Notes: generated by a model not told the origin, from the letters alone. DNA of 32,000 nt from Halorhodospira halophila SL1 (GCF_000015585.1 NC_008789.1:2646453-2678452); one strand, 5' to 3'; positions 15,960 to 31,168 are shown, numbered from the stretch's first letter. Translations and numbers: made by a program.

Positions 15960-18126
15960 CCGGTTCCAGGCCGGCGCGGCCGGCGATCAGCCACTTGGTC
16001 CCGGCGCTATCGAACCGGACCTGCAGGCGGGCATTGGGGCCGCTGCCCTCACAGTGAAGGAGCACGCCGTCGCCGAACCGCGGGTGGTGGACACGGCTGC
16101 CCAGACTCAACCCCTCGGGCGGGGCGTCGGCCGGCAGCGACGAGCCGCTCCCGCCGGACGCAGGCACCGACGGGGGCCCCCGCCGTACGGACATGCGTGG
16201 ACGGACCTCCTCGAGATGCTCACCGGGTATCTCGGTGAGAAAGCGCGATGGCCGGGCCAACTGATCCATGCCGTGCAGGCGCCGCTTCTCGGCGTGGGTC
16301 AGGATCAGCCGCTGCCTGGCCCGGGTCATGCCGACATAGCACAGCCTGCGCTCCTCCTCCAGACGGCCGGGCTCCTCGACGGACATGCGGTGGGGGAACA
16401 ACCCCTCCTCCATCCCTACTAAAAAGACCACCGGGAACTCCAGCCCCTTGGCCGAGTGCAGGGTCATCAGCTGCACCGAGTGCTCCCAGTCGTCGGCCTG
16501 CCCCTCGCCGGCCTCCAGGGCGGCGTGGGTGAGAAAGGCCGCCAGGGGGTCCAGATCATCTTCCGGCTCATCGCGCTGGGCGAAGGTGCGCGCGGCGGTC
16601 ACCAGCTCGTCGAGGTTCTCCAGACGGGCCTCGTCTCGCTCGTGGTGGCGGCGCAAGTCGGTGCGGGCGATCACCTGCTCCACCTGATCGTGGAGCGGTC
16701 GGTCGGTGAGCTCACTGTCCAGGGCGTCGATGCGTTCCAGGAAGCTGGCCAAGGCGTTGCGCGCCCGGGCGGCCAGGGCCCGGCTGCCGGTCAGCTCCCG
16801 GGCGGCCCGCCACATCGAAACGTCGGCCTCCCGGGCGGCGTAGCGGACCGCGTCGACGGTCTTGGCGCCGATGCCGCGCGGCGGGGTGTTGACCACCCGT
16901 TCGAAGCTGGCGTCGTCGTGGCGATTGGCCACCAGGCGCAGGTAGGCCAGGGCATCCTTGACCTCGGCGCGTTCGAAGAAGCGCAGCCCCCCGTAGACGC
17001 GGAACGGCAGCCGGGCGGCGTGGAGTTCGTGCTCGAGGGCGCGGGACTGGGCGTTGGAGCGGTAGAGGATGGCGAAGTCGGCATGGCCGTAGCCGCCCTC
17101 CTCGCTCAGCTGGCGAATACGATCGACCACCCAGCGCGCCTCGTCGACCTCGTTGAACGCGGCGTAGAGGGTGATCGGCTCGCCGCTCCAGCCGTCGGTC
17201 CACAGCTGCTTGCCCAGCCGGCCGCTGTTGTGCTCGATCAGCCGGTTGGCAGCGTCGAGGATGGTGCCGGTGGAGCGGTAGTTCTGCTCCAGGCGGACCA
17301 CCCGGACGTCGCCCATCTCCCGCCGGAAGTGCTCGATGTTCTCCACCCGGGCACCCCGCCAGCCGTAGATGGACTGGTCGTCGTCGCCGACAACAAACAG
17401 CTCCGACTGCTCGCCGCCGAGCAGCTTCAGCCAGCGATACTGCAGGGCATTGGTGTCCTGGAACTCGTCGACCAGGATGTGGGCAAAGCGCCGCTGGTAG
17501 TGGCCAAGGAGCTCGGGGTCGTCGCGCAGCAGCTCGTAGGCGCGCAGCAGCAACTCGGAGAAATCCACCAAGCCACCACGACGGCACGCCTGCTCGTAAT
17601 CGTGGTAGACGGCCAGCAGCTCCTGCTGATAATCGCCCCCGGCCTCGGTCACGTCGCTGGGACGCTCCCCCTCCTCCTTGCGCGCGCTGATGAATCCCCG
17701 CACCTGGCGCGGCGGGAAGCGGGACTCGTCGTTGCCCCGGGCGCGCAGGACCCGCTTGACCACGCGCAGCTGGTCATCGGCATCGAGGATCTGGAAACCT
17801 TCGGGGAGCCCAGCGCGCTGGGCGTGCTGACGCAACAGACGGTGGGCGATGCCGTGGAAGGTGCCGACCCACATGCCGGCGGTAGCGATGCCGAGGAGTT
17901 CGCCGATGCGCCCGCGCATCTCGCCGGCCGCCTTGTTGGTGAAGGTGACCGCCAGGATGGCGAACGGCGAAGCCCCCTCGACCTGCACCAGGTAGGCGGC
18001 GCGCCGGGTGAGCACGCGGGTCTTGCCACTGCCGGCCCCGGCCAACACCAGGGCGCGGCCCGGAGGCAGGCACACGGCCTCGCGCTGGGCATCGTTGAGA
18101 TCCGCGGTCAGGGCATCGATGGGCAT
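15949..18126 (-). CDS. uvrD: DNA helicase II (UvrD, SF1A helicase)
   Basis: LNDAQREAV, Walker A LAGAGSGKTRVLT, ILVDEFQDTN, FVVGDDDQSIYGWRGA, LEQNYRST, LMTLHSAKGLEF and CYVGMTRA. The UvrD-type C-terminal tail is GSRVHHPRFGDGVLLHCEGSGPNARLQVRFDSAGTKWLIA. I placed the start at ATG 18126 (MPIDALT), because the 16 upstream codons of the ORF track overlap oxyR. Confidence 0.93.
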   Translation of the reverse strand: MPIDALTADLNDAQREAVCLPPGRALVLAGAGSGKTRVLTRRAAYLVQVEGASPFAILAVTFTNKAAGEMRGRIGELLGIATAGMWVGTFHGIAHRLLRQHAQRAGLPEGFQILDADDQLRVVKRVLRARGNDESRFPPRQVRGFISARKEEGERPSDVTEAGGDYQQELLAVYHDYEQACRRGGLVDFSELLLRAYELLRDDPELLGHYQRRFAHILVDEFQDTNALQYRWLKLLGGEQSELFVVGDDDQSIYGWRGARVENIEHFRREMGDVRVVRLEQNYRSTGTILDAANRLIEHNSGRLGKQLWTDGWSGEPITLYAAFNEVDEARWVVDRIRQLSEEGGYGHADFAILYRSNAQSRALEHELHAARLPFRVYGGLRFFERAEVKDALAYLRLVANRHDDASFERVVNTPPRGIGAKTVDAVRYAAREADVSMWRAARELTGSRALAARARNALASFLERIDALDSELTDRPLHDQVEQVIARTDLRRHHERDEARLENLDELVTAARTFAQRDEPEDDLDPLAAFLTHAALEAGEGQADDWEHSVQLMTLHSAKGLEFPVVFLVGMEEGLFPHRMSVEEPGRLEEERRLCYVGMTRARQRLILTHAEKRRLHGMDQLARPSRFLTEIPGEHLEEVRPRMSVRRGPPSVPASGGSGSSLPADAPPEGLSLGSRVHHPRFGDGVLLHCEGSGPNARLQVRFDSAGTKWLIAGRAGLEPATS

Positions 18127-18127
18127 A

Positions 18128-19054
18128 TCAGGCTGCCGGCAGGGTCTGGGTCGGGTCTTGAAGCACCGCGGCACTGCGCATCCGTTCGACCAGCTCGCGG
18201 AAGGTGGGTTCGCGGGCGGTGCCCACCCGCCAGTAGAGGGCCAGGTCGCGACTGGGGGCAGGTTCGGCGAAGGGCCGCAGGCTAATGGCAGCGTGATCCG
18301 GGCCCAGGCGCGAGGCGGCCGCCGCCAGAGCCGGCAACAGGGTCACGCCGACCCCGGCGGCCACCATCTGGCGCAGGGTCTCGAGGCTCGTGGCGCGGAA
18401 CGCCGCCGCCTCGCCCACGTCGTTGCGCCGGCACAGTTCCAGGGCCTGTTCGCGCAGGCAGTGCCCCTCCTCGAGGAGCATCAGTTCGGTCTGCTGCAGA
18501 TCCTTGGCGTCGACCGGTTCCGGGCGATCCAGGTCGTGGCCGCGGGGCACCGCCAGATAGAACGGCTCATGGCAGAGCGGTTCGGAGACCAGGTCGTCGC
18601 CGGCGATCGGCGAGGCCAGGATGGCGCCGTCCAGGCTGCCGGCACGGAGCTGATCGAGCAGGCGCTGGGTCAGGTCCTCGCGCAGATGCAGGCGCAGGCG
18701 CGGATAGCTCTGCGCCAGGTCAGGGATGACGTGGGGCAGCAGGTACGGGCCGGCGGTGGGGATCACACCCAGGCGGACATCCCCGGTCATCGGCTCGGCC
18801 TGGGCCCGTGCCACCTCGACCATGTCGTCGACGGCGCTGAGGATGCTGCGGGCGCGTTCGGCCAACCGCTCGCCCAGGGGCGTGAGGAGCACCCGGCGGC
18901 GGTTGCGCTCGACGAGCTGGACCTCGAGGTACTCCTCGAGCTTTTTCAGCTGCGTGGAGAGCGTCGGCTGGCTGACATAGCAGGCGCGGGCCGCCCGCCC
19001 GAAGTGGCGGTGTTCGGCCACGGCGACCAGGTAGCGGAGGTCGCGCAGGTTCAT
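18128..19054 (-). CDS. oxyR: LysR-family hydrogen peroxide-sensing transcriptional regulator OxyR
   Basis: MNLRDLRYLVAVAEHRHFGRAARACYVSQPTLSTQLKKLE is near-identical in pattern to the E. coli OxyR N-terminus. GVIPTAGPYLLPHVIP is also present. Both redox cysteines have the correct spacing (EEGHCLREQALELC, matching Cys199/Cys208). FRATSLETLRQMVAAGVGVTLLP is present. The start is at ATG 19054. Confidence 0.9.
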   Translation of the reverse strand: MNLRDLRYLVAVAEHRHFGRAARACYVSQPTLSTQLKKLEEYLEVQLVERNRRRVLLTPLGERLAERARSILSAVDDMVEVARAQAEPMTGDVRLGVIPTAGPYLLPHVIPDLAQSYPRLRLHLREDLTQRLLDQLRAGSLDGAILASPIAGDDLVSEPLCHEPFYLAVPRGHDLDRPEPVDAKDLQQTELMLLEEGHCLREQALELCRRNDVGEAAAFRATSLETLRQMVAAGVGVTLLPALAAAASRLGPDHAAISLRPFAEPAPSRDLALYWRVGTAREPTFRELVERMRSAAVLQDPTQTLPAA

Positions 19055-19067
19055 GTGGCGGGTCCTG

Positions 19068-20897
<1,830 letters not shown>

Positions 20898-20898
20898 A

Positions 20899-21726
20899 TC
20901 AGCGGATCCAGATCCCTTGCTCGTTGGGCACCAGCAGCACCGAGCAGGGGCAGTTACGGCAGACCTGCTGCGCGGTACTACCCAAGGCGAGGTCCCGGCC
21001 CGGCCCGTCGCCGCGCTTGCCCACCAGGACCATGCTGCTGCGCTCCTTCTCGGCGACGTTGCGGATGACCCGCGAGGGCGTGCCGGTCTCCAGACGCGTG
21101 GTGACGTCGATACCGCGAGCCTGGGCCTGTTCGGCGAAATGCTGCAGGCGCTCCTGCCCTTCGGTGCGGGTATCCTCGTCGGTGACGTGCAACACCGTCA
21201 GTGCACCGACCTGCTCCCCAACATCCAGGGCCAGCGCCTGGGCGGCGGCGGCCTTCTTGGAGAAGTCGGTGGCCAGCATCGGCCGCTGGAAGGTCTCGCC
21301 GTGGCCGAAGGTGTTCGGATCGGGATCGATGCGCTCCATGAGCACCGGCAGGGCGGTCTGCCGGGCCAGCTCCAGAACCGTGGACCCGTGGTAGAACTCG
21401 CGCAGCAGCCCCTCGCCTCGCGAACCGAGGAGGATCAGCTGGGCGCCGTAACCGCGCCCGATCTTGGCCAACTCCGGTGCGGGAAAGCCGATCGGCTGCT
21501 GGATGTCGACCTGGTAGCCGGCCGCCTGGAGGTCTGACTGCTTCTGCGCAAGACGGCGGCGGGCCTCGGCCCGATGGCCCTCGCTGAGGTCGTCCGGATC
21601 GTCGATACGCAGGACATCGACCAGCGTGAACTGCTTCGCCCCAAACTTGTGCAGCTCGCTGACGGCATCGAGCAGCGGCTGGTAAGGGGACTCGAAGTGC
21701 ACCGCAACGACTGTGTGGTCGAACAT
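20899..21726 (-). CDS. Tandem-domain universal stress protein (UspE-like architecture)
   Basis: There are two USP domains. Each carries the MJ0577-type ATP-binding motif G-x2-G-x9-G-S/T (GSRGEGLLREFYHGST and GKRGDGPGRDLALGST). The protein ends with the typical C-x-VLLVP. AAGGAG lies 6 nt upstream of the ATG and overlaps the glmU stop codon. Confidence 0.85.
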   Translation of the reverse strand: MFDHTVVAVHFESPYQPLLDAVSELHKFGAKQFTLVDVLRIDDPDDLSEGHRAEARRRLAQKQSDLQAAGYQVDIQQPIGFPAPELAKIGRGYGAQLILLGSRGEGLLREFYHGSTVLELARQTALPVLMERIDPDPNTFGHGETFQRPMLATDFSKKAAAAQALALDVGEQVGALTVLHVTDEDTRTEGQERLQHFAEQAQARGIDVTTRLETGTPSRVIRNVAEKERSSMVLVGKRGDGPGRDLALGSTAQQVCRNCPCSVLLVPNEQGIWIR

Positions 21727-21735
21727 GCTCGCTCC

Positions 21736-23157
21736 TTACTCTTCCTTGGCACCGCCGGACGCCGGCGTCGCATCGTTATCATCGGGAGGTCCGCGACGGC
21801 CCGTCAAGCCGGGGTGCTGCCAGCCGGGGATGGTCCGGGCGCGGCTGCGGCCCACGGTGAGGGCGTCGGCCGGCGCATCGCTGGTCAGGGTGGTCCCGGC
21901 GCCGATGGTCGCCCGCGCCCCCACCTGGACCGGCGCGACCAGCTGGCTCCCGGAGCCGATGAAGGCATCCTCACCAATCTGCGTACGGTGCTTCTCGGCC
22001 CCGTCGTAGTTGCAGGTGATGGTGCCGGCCCCCAGGTTGGCCCGGGCCCCGACCTCGGCGTCTCCGACGTAGGTCAGGTGGTTGGCCTTTGCGCCAGGGC
22101 CCAGGCGGGCTGCCTTGGTCTCGACGAAATTTCCCACCCGGGCGCCCTCCTCGAGCACGGTCCCTGGACGCAGATGGGCGAAGGGGCCGACGCGGCACCC
22201 TGCGCCAATGTGGGCTTGCTCGACCACAGTATAGGGGCCGACTTGGGCCCCGTCCTCGATCACGCAGTCGCGCAGGATCACCCCTTGGCCGACCTGCACC
22301 CCATGGCCCAGCTGCACTTCGCCCTCCAGGGTGCAGTCAGCGTCCACAGCGCAGTCGGTACCGTGGCGGACCGCACCACGCAGGGTGAACCGGTGCGGCG
22401 CTACCAGGCGCAGCCCTCCCTGCAGCAGGCGCCGCGCCCAGCGTCGCTGGAACGCCTCTTCCACCTCCGCGAGCTGGACCAGGTCGTTGATGCCGCTGGC
22501 TTCGCCGGCCTCGCTCGTGAACCGGGCACGCACCGGGGTGCCGTCCGCCCTCGCCGCCGCCACCGCATCGGTCAGGTAGTACTCGCCCTGGGCGTTGTCG
22601 GCGGACAGAGCGGCCATCCAGCGACGCAGATCACCGGCCGATGCGGCCAGAAGGCCGGTGTTGACCTCATCGACGCGACGCTGCTCCGGGTCGGCGTCCT
22701 TTTCCTCGACGATGGCCACCACGGCGCCGTCGTCATCACGGATGATGCGGCCGTAACCGGTCGGGTCCGGGACCCGGGCTGCCAGGAGTTCCAGTCCATC
22801 TCCGGCAAGCAGGGGTTTGAGGGTCTCAGGGGTGACCAGGGGGACGTCACCATAGAGGACCAGCACCCGGTGATCGTCCGGGATCTGCGGCAGCGCGCAC
22901 GCCACCGCGTGCCCGGTCCCGAGTTGGCGGGGCTGTTCAACCCAGTAGACCGGGTAATCGGCGTGCGCGGCGGCGACCTGATCGCCGCCGTGGCCGTAGA
23001 CCACGTGAACCTGCTCCGGCCCCAGGGCCAGGGCCGTATCCAGGACGTGGGCAAGCAGGGGGCGCCCAGCCAGCGGTTGCAGAACCTTAGGCTGGGCCGA
23101 GCGCATGCGGGTCCCTTTGCCCGCAGCCAGTATGACCACGGCAACAGGTGCCCGCAT
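21736..23157 (-). CDS. glmU: Bifunctional UDP-N-acetylglucosamine pyrophosphorylase / glucosamine-1-phosphate N-acetyltransferase
   Basis: The N-terminal motif is ILAAGKGTRMRS...PKVLQPLAGRPLL and the C-terminal half is a left-handed beta-helix of hexapeptide repeats. GGAGG lies 8 nt upstream of the ATG. A short acidic C-terminal tail extends beyond the usual length. Confidence 0.95.
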   Translation of the reverse strand: MRAPVAVVILAAGKGTRMRSAQPKVLQPLAGRPLLAHVLDTALALGPEQVHVVYGHGGDQVAAAHADYPVYWVEQPRQLGTGHAVACALPQIPDDHRVLVLYGDVPLVTPETLKPLLAGDGLELLAARVPDPTGYGRIIRDDDGAVVAIVEEKDADPEQRRVDEVNTGLLAASAGDLRRWMAALSADNAQGEYYLTDAVAAARADGTPVRARFTSEAGEASGINDLVQLAEVEEAFQRRWARRLLQGGLRLVAPHRFTLRGAVRHGTDCAVDADCTLEGEVQLGHGVQVGQGVILRDCVIEDGAQVGPYTVVEQAHIGAGCRVGPFAHLRPGTVLEEGARVGNFVETKAARLGPGAKANHLTYVGDAEVGARANLGAGTITCNYDGAEKHRTQIGEDAFIGSGSQLVAPVQVGARATIGAGTTLTSDAPADALTVGRSRARTIPGWQHPGLTGRRGPPDDNDATPASGGAKEE

Positions 23158-23177
23158 GGTCGGTTCCTCCGTTCGGG

Positions 23178-23603
23178 TCAGCGCTTGGCCCGCTTGCGCA
23201 GGCTCTCCAGGGTTCGCAGCTGCGCCATGGCCTCGGCAAGCTCCGCCTGGACCGAGCTGTAGTCCACCTCGTCCTTCTGCTCGCGGAGCTTCTCCTCGGC
23301 CCGCCGCTTGGCCTCGAGGGCCGCGGCCTCGTCGATGTCCCGGGCACGGACCGCCGTGTCGGCGAGGACGGTGACCTTGTGCGGCTGGACCTCGAGCAGG
23401 CCCCCGGAGGCGTAGAAGAAGAATTCCTCTTCGTCGCCCTCCGGGGTGATGCGCAGCTCACCCGGACGCAACCGGGTCAGCAGCGGAGCGTGACGCGGGG
23501 CTATGCCCACGTCACCCTCGGCCGCCGGCGCAATGACCATGCTCGCCTGGCCGGCGTACAGCTGCTCTTCAGCACTTACGATGTCGACTTGGAGCGTGCT
23601 CAT
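23178..23603 (-). CDS. atpC: F1 ATP synthase subunit epsilon
   Basis: LQVDIVSAEEQLYAGQASMVIAPAAEGDVGIAPRHAPLLTRLRPGELRI is typical of epsilon, and the C-terminus is helical. It is the last gene of the atp operon. Confidence 0.95.
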   Translation of the reverse strand: MSTLQVDIVSAEEQLYAGQASMVIAPAAEGDVGIAPRHAPLLTRLRPGELRITPEGDEEEFFFYASGGLLEVQPHKVTVLADTAVRARDIDEAAALEAKRRAEEKLREQKDEVDYSSVQAELAEAMAQLRTLESLRKRAKR

Positions 23604-23615
23604 GGCACCCCCGGA

Positions 23616-25926
<2,311 letters not shown>

Positions 25927-25955
25927 GCCGTCACCTATGTGTCGTTAAGGGGCCG

Positions 25956-25980
25956 GCCGGGGAGCACCCGGCTCCCCGGC
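25956..25980 (-). other. Intra-operon hairpin between atpA and atpG
   Basis: GCCGGGGAGC-acccg-GCTCCCCGGC: 10 perfect base pairs and a 5-nt loop, in the 63-nt atpA-atpG spacer. Confidence 0.55.
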
Positions 25981-25989
25981 AGCGCATGC

Positions 25990-27531
25990 TCACCACGTGC
26001 GATTCTTCTTGAACGCATCCATCGCCTTCTGCATCTCGGCGTGGATCTCGTCGTTGTAATCGCCGGTCTCCGTGATGCGCTGGAGCAGCTCGGCGTGCTC
26101 CGCACGCAGGTAGTCGAGCAGCGCCTTCTCGAAACGGACCACCTGGTCGTTCTCGACGTCGTCGACGTAGCCCTCGTTGGCGGCGAACAGCACGAAGGCC
26201 ATCTCGCCGACCGACTGCGGCTCGTACTGACCCTGCTTCATCAGCTCCATGGTGCGCTTACCGCGCTCGAGCTGCTGCCGGGTGGTCTCGTCCAGATCCG
26301 AGGCGAACTGCGAGAAGGCAGCCAGCTCCCGGTACTGGGCGAGGGCCAGGCGAACACCGCCGCCGAGCTTCTTGATGATCTTCGTCTGCGCCGAACCACC
26401 CACGCGGGAGACCGACAGACCGGCGTTGACCGCGGGGCGGACACCGGAGTTGAACAGGTCGGTCTCGAGGTAGATCTGGCCGTCGGTGATCGAGATCACG
26501 TTGGTCGGCACGAAGGCGGAGACGTCGCCGGCCTGGGTCTCAATGATCGGCAGCGCGGTCAGCGAACCGGTCTGGCCCTTGACCTCGCCGTTGGTCCGAC
26601 GCTCCACCTCCTCGGCGTTGATGCGCGAGGCGCGCTCGAGCAGCCGCGAGTGGAGGTAGAAGACATCACCCGGATAGGCCTCACGGCCCGGGGGACGGCG
26701 CAGCAGCAGCGACACCTGACGATAGGCCCAGGCCTGCTTGGTCAGGTCGTCGTAGATGATCAGGGCGTCCTGGCCGCGATCGCGGAAGTACTCGCCCATG
26801 GCGCAGCCGGCGTAGGGGGCGATGTACTGCATGGCGGCGGACTCGGAGGCGCCGGCGTTAACGACGATGGTGTTGTCCATCGCGCCGTGCTCCTCGAGCT
26901 TGCGCACCACGTTGGCGACCGTCGAGTTCTTCTGCCCGACCGCGACGTAGATGCACTTAATGCCGCTGTCCTTCTGGTTGATGATCGCGTCGACGGCCAC
27001 CGCGGTCTTGCCGGTCTGGCGGTCGCCGATGATCAGCTCACGCTGACCGCGGCCGATCGGCACCATGGAGTCGATGGCCTTGAGGCCGGTCTGGACCGGC
27101 TGGTCGACCCCTTCGCGGGTGATGACGCCCGGCGCCACCTTCTCGATGGGCTCGCTGCCCTCGGTCTTGATCGGGCCCTTGCCGTCGGTGGGGCGACCCA
27201 GGGCGTCGACCACGCGGCCGAGCATGGCGTCACCAACCGGCACCTCCAGGATGCGGCCGGTGCACTTGACGGTGGCCCCCTCCTTGATGTGCTGGTAGTC
27301 ACCGAGGAGGACGGCACCGACGGAGTCCCGCTCAAGGTTCAGGGCCATGCCGAAGGTGTCGTCAGGGAACTCCAGCATCTCGCCGAACATGACGTCGGCG
27401 AGGCCGTGGATGCGGCAGATGCCGTCGCCAACGCTGACGACGGTGCCTTCGTTGCGGGCCTCAGCCGCCGCGTCGAAGTTCTCAATGCGACGCTTGATGA
27501 GCTCGCTGATCTCCGATGGATTGACTTGCAT
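25990..27531 (-). CDS. atpA: F1 ATP synthase subunit alpha
   Basis: Walker [10 protein letters not shown], plus [41 protein letters not shown] and ITDGQIYLE. Confidence 0.98.
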   Translation of the reverse strand: MQVNPSEISELIKRRIENFDAAAEARNEGTVVSVGDGICRIHGLADVMFGEMLEFPDDTFGMALNLERDSVGAVLLGDYQHIKEGATVKCTGRILEVPVGDAMLGRVVDALGRPTDGKGPIKTEGSEPIEKVAPGVITREGVDQPVQTGLKAIDSMVPIGRGQRELIIGDRQTGKTAVAVDAIINQKDSGIKCIYVAVGQKNSTVANVVRKLEEHGAMDNTIVVNAGASESAAMQYIAPYAGCAMGEYFRDRGQDALIIYDDLTKQAWAYRQVSLLLRRPPGREAYPGDVFYLHSRLLERASRINAEEVERRTNGEVKGQTGSLTALPIIETQAGDVSAFVPTNVISITDGQIYLETDLFNSGVRPAVNAGLSVSRVGGSAQTKIIKKLGGGVRLALAQYRELAAFSQFASDLDETTRQQLERGKRTMELMKQGQYEPQSVGEMAFVLFAANEGYVDDVENDQVVRFEKALLDYLRAEHAELLQRITETGDYNDEIHAEMQKAMDAFKKNRTW

Positions 27532-27543
27532 CGTCCTACCTCG

Positions 27544-28080
27544 TCAATGAACCAGTGCACTCGAGAGGCGGGCCAGTTTGCCCTTCACCGAGCCGTCTAT
27601 GGTGGTGTCGCCAGCGCGGATCATCGCCCCGCCGATGAGGGACTCATCGACCCGCGTCTGCAGCCGCACCTCTCGGCCGAGGCGCTTACGGAGCGCTTCG
27701 GCCAGGCGTTCTTGCTGCGCGTCCTCGAGCTGGGTCGCCGAAAGCACCTCTACGTCGACGATGCCCTCGGCCTCGGCACGCAGCTCTTCGTAGACCCGAG
27801 CGACTTCCGGCGCATACTGCAGTCGCCGGTTGCTCGCCAGCAGCCGGACAAAGTTCTCGCCGGTCTGCCCTAGGTCGCCAGCCGCCTCGCAGACAATGCC
27901 GGCGAGTTGCTCGGCGCTGATCCGCGGGTGGGTGAGCAACGAAGCGAGCTGGGGCACCTGCACCACCTCGGCCACCGCCGCAAGCCGACGCGACCAAGCC
28001 TGGCGCTCGGTCGCGTCGTCACCGGCAAGCTCGAAGACGGCGCGCGCGTAAGGTCGGGCCAGTGTGCTGCGCTCGGCCAT
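27544..28080 (-). CDS. atpH: F1 ATP synthase subunit delta (OSCP)
   Basis: The N-terminal [13 protein letters not shown] and the C-terminal [23 protein letters not shown] are typical. It lies between atpF and atpA. Confidence 0.94.
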
Positions 28081-28089
28081 GGCGCCTCC

Positions 28090-28560
28090 CTAGATTTGCG
28101 TCGCCAGTTCGTCGATCAGATCCTTGTGCGCCTTGGCGTCCACCTCGCGCTTCAGGATCTGGCTGCTCGCCTGGACGGCGATGGTCGAGACCTGCTTACG
28201 CAGATCCTCACGGGCCCGCTGGATCTCTTGATCGATCTCCTCGCGGGCGGAGGCCAGGATCCGGTCGGCCTCGGAGCGGGCCTCGGCCCGAGCCTCCTCG
28301 ATCATCTCGGCCTGGCGCTTGTTCGCCTGGTTGATGATCTGGCTGGCCTGCTCCCGGGCATCCCGCAGCATGGCCTCGACCTCGGCCTGAGCCTTGTCCA
28401 GCTCCTCCTTGCCGCGTTCACCGGCGGCAAGGCCGTCGGCAATCTGCTTCTGCCGGTCGGCAAGCGCCTGTTGGATCGGCGGCCAGACGAATTTCATGGT
28501 GAACCAGACGAACAGCGCGAAGCTGATCATCGGCCCCCAGAACGTGGCACCAAAGTTCAC
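28090..28560 (-). CDS. atpF: F0 ATP synthase subunit b
   Basis: A single N-terminal TM helix (FWGPMISFALFVWFTMKFVWPPI) is followed by a long charged helix. Its operon position matches. Confidence 0.94.
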   Translation of the reverse strand: MNFGATFWGPMISFALFVWFTMKFVWPPIQQALADRQKQIADGLAAGERGKEELDKAQAEVEAMLRDAREQASQIINQANKRQAEMIEEARAEARSEADRILASAREEIDQEIQRAREDLRKQVSTIAVQASSQILKREVDAKAHKDLIDELATQI

Positions 28561-28607
28561 GGTTTCACCTCCGATCGAGCTGGCGGCTTAAAAGCGCCGG
28601 CGTGTGT

Positions 28608-28913
<306 letters not shown>

Positions 28914-28935
28914 TCAGTATCGAAAGTGAGGCAGT

Positions 28936-29775
<840 letters not shown>

Positions 29776-30198
29776 CTAGGTACGGAGGGCCCCCAAGAAG
29801 AAGAACCAGTAGGTGCCTAAGGCGGCTGCGTACGTTGTTATCAGCGGCACAAAGTGCCCGCTCAACCATCGGAGCGCGATAATAAAGAGCACCGCCGTGA
29901 GAATCAACTTCACGACCTCTCCGACGTAGAAGGCACGGAGCACCTGGCGGGGCGCTGTCCCCGGCGCCTTGGAGAAGACGTGAGCCGCATAGTAGGCGGA
30001 CGGGACGATGGCGATGGCGGCACCGCACGCTGCGGCAATCGCCGACCAGCCACCATCCAGAAGCCAGAGGCCAGCGGCGATGGCACCGACACCGGCCTGG
30101 GCCAGGAGGACACCGAGCACGACCCGCAGTGCGGGTGCCCGGCTACGCCACATGCCCTGTGGTTCGTAGTCCTGATTGAGGGCTTCGCTCACTTCCAC
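29776..30198 (-). CDS. atpI: ATP synthase protein I
   Basis: A small hydrophobic protein directly upstream of atpB, with an AtpI-like segment (VGEVVKLILTAVLFIIAL). The start is uncertain: either GTG 30198 or ATG 30153. Confidence 0.8.
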   Translation of the reverse strand: MEVSEALNQDYEPQGMWRSRAPALRVVLGVLLAQAGVGAIAAGLWLLDGGWSAIAAACGAAIAIVPSAYYAAHVFSKAPGTAPRQVLRAFYVGEVVKLILTAVLFIIALRWLSGHFVPLITTYAAALGTYWFFFLGALRT

Positions 30199-30230
30199 GC
30201 TGTACGCCCTACGGCATCGATAAGGGGCGG

Positions 30231-30259
30231 AGTCTAAACGGCGGCATCAGGGGGGTCAA
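30231..30259 (-). promoter_or_regulatory. Putative sigma70-type promoter of the atp operon
   Basis: Minus strand reads TTGACC (30259..30254), a 17-nt spacer, then TAGACT (30236..30231). It lies in the 76-nt parB-atpI spacer, about 33 nt upstream of GTG 30198. This is a pattern match only. Confidence 0.35.
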
Positions 30260-30274
30260 ATCAGGGCCGCTTAG

Positions 30275-31168
30275 TCAATGGATACGTCCGAGGATACCGT
30301 CCAGCTCCTCGAGGCTGCTGTAGCGGATGACCAGACGCCCCTTGCCCTGGCGGCGACTGTGCTGGATATCCACCGGCGCGCCGAGGCGGTCGGCGAGCGT
30401 ATCGCGCAGGCGCTCGACGTCGGGATCCAGGCGCTTGCCCTCCCCCGCCGCCCCTTTGGCGTCGTCGGCGGAGGTGTCGGCTGCCTGCTGATAGCGCCGT
30501 ACCAGGGTCTCGGTCTGACGCACGGTGAGGTGGTCACGGGCCACCCGGGCAGCCGCCTCGCTCTGGGCCGTGCCGGTCAGGCCAGCAAGCGCCTTGGCGT
30601 GCCCCGCCTCCAGGCGTCCCTCGCTGATCAACCGCTGAACGTCCTCGTTGAGCTCGAGCAGCCGCAGCAGGTTGGTCACCGATGTGCGGGATCGCCCGAC
30701 GGCGTCCGCGGTTTTTTGATGGGACAGCCCGAACTCGTGAATCAGCCGCTGCAGCGCGCCGGCGGCCTCCAGCGGGTTGAGGTCTTCACGCTGCAGGTTC
30801 TCGATCAGGCCGACGGCGATGGCCGCCTCGTCGGGGATGTCGCGAACCAGCGCGGGCACCGTATCAATCCCAGCACGCTGAGCCGCCCGCCAGCGTCGCT
30901 CGCCAGCAATGATCTCGAAGCGTCCGGTATCCGTCGGGCGCACCACCAGCGGCTGGACGACGCCCTGGGCGCGGATGGAGTCGGCCAGCTCCTGGAGGGC
31001 CTGATCGTCGAAGTGGCGGCGCGGCTGGTGGGGGCCGCGTTCAAGCAGATCGACGGGCAGATCGCGAAGCTCGCCGCCATCCACCGGGTGACCGGCGGCG
31101 ACGGCGCCGGGCTCGGCACCGAGCAGGGCATCCAGGCCGCGGCCGAGACCACGCTTCTTGTTCGACAT
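30275..31168 (-). CDS. parB: Chromosome partitioning protein ParB (CTPase / parS-binding)
   Basis: N-terminal KKRGLGRGLDALLG. ParB box FEIIAGERRWRAAQRAG. An HTH region follows (QKTADAVGRSRTSVTNLLRLL). I placed the start at ATG 31168 (MSNKKRG), which has GAGGAG upstream. The 58-codon ORF-track extension overlaps parA and is Pro/Arg/Trp-rich. Confidence 0.94.
   Translation of the reverse strand: MSNKKRGLGRGLDALLGAEPGAVAAGHPVDGGELRDLPVDLLERGPHQPRRHFDDQALQELADSIRAQGVVQPLVVRPTDTGRFEIIAGERRWRAAQRAGIDTVPALVRDIPDEAAIAVGLIENLQREDLNPLEAAGALQRLIHEFGLSHQKTADAVGRSRTSVTNLLRLLELNEDVQRLISEGRLEAGHAKALAGLTGTAQSEAAARVARDHLTVRQTETLVRRYQQAADTSADDAKGAAGEGKRLDPDVERLRDTLADRLGAPVDIQHSRRQGKGRLVIRYSSLEELDGILGRIH

Noticed and set aside
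20898-21735. glmS ribozyme or GlmZ-target leader upstream of glmS
   Set aside because: There is no untranslated leader. The glmS ATG is 1 nt from the preceding stop codon, so a cis-acting RNA element of either type cannot be accommodated.
30185-30205. parS-like sequence near the atpI start (cacTTCCACGctgtacg)
   Set aside because: Only one half-site resembles TGTTNCACGTGAAACA, and the second half does not match. A similar weak half-match at about 31705 in parA is rejected for the same reason.
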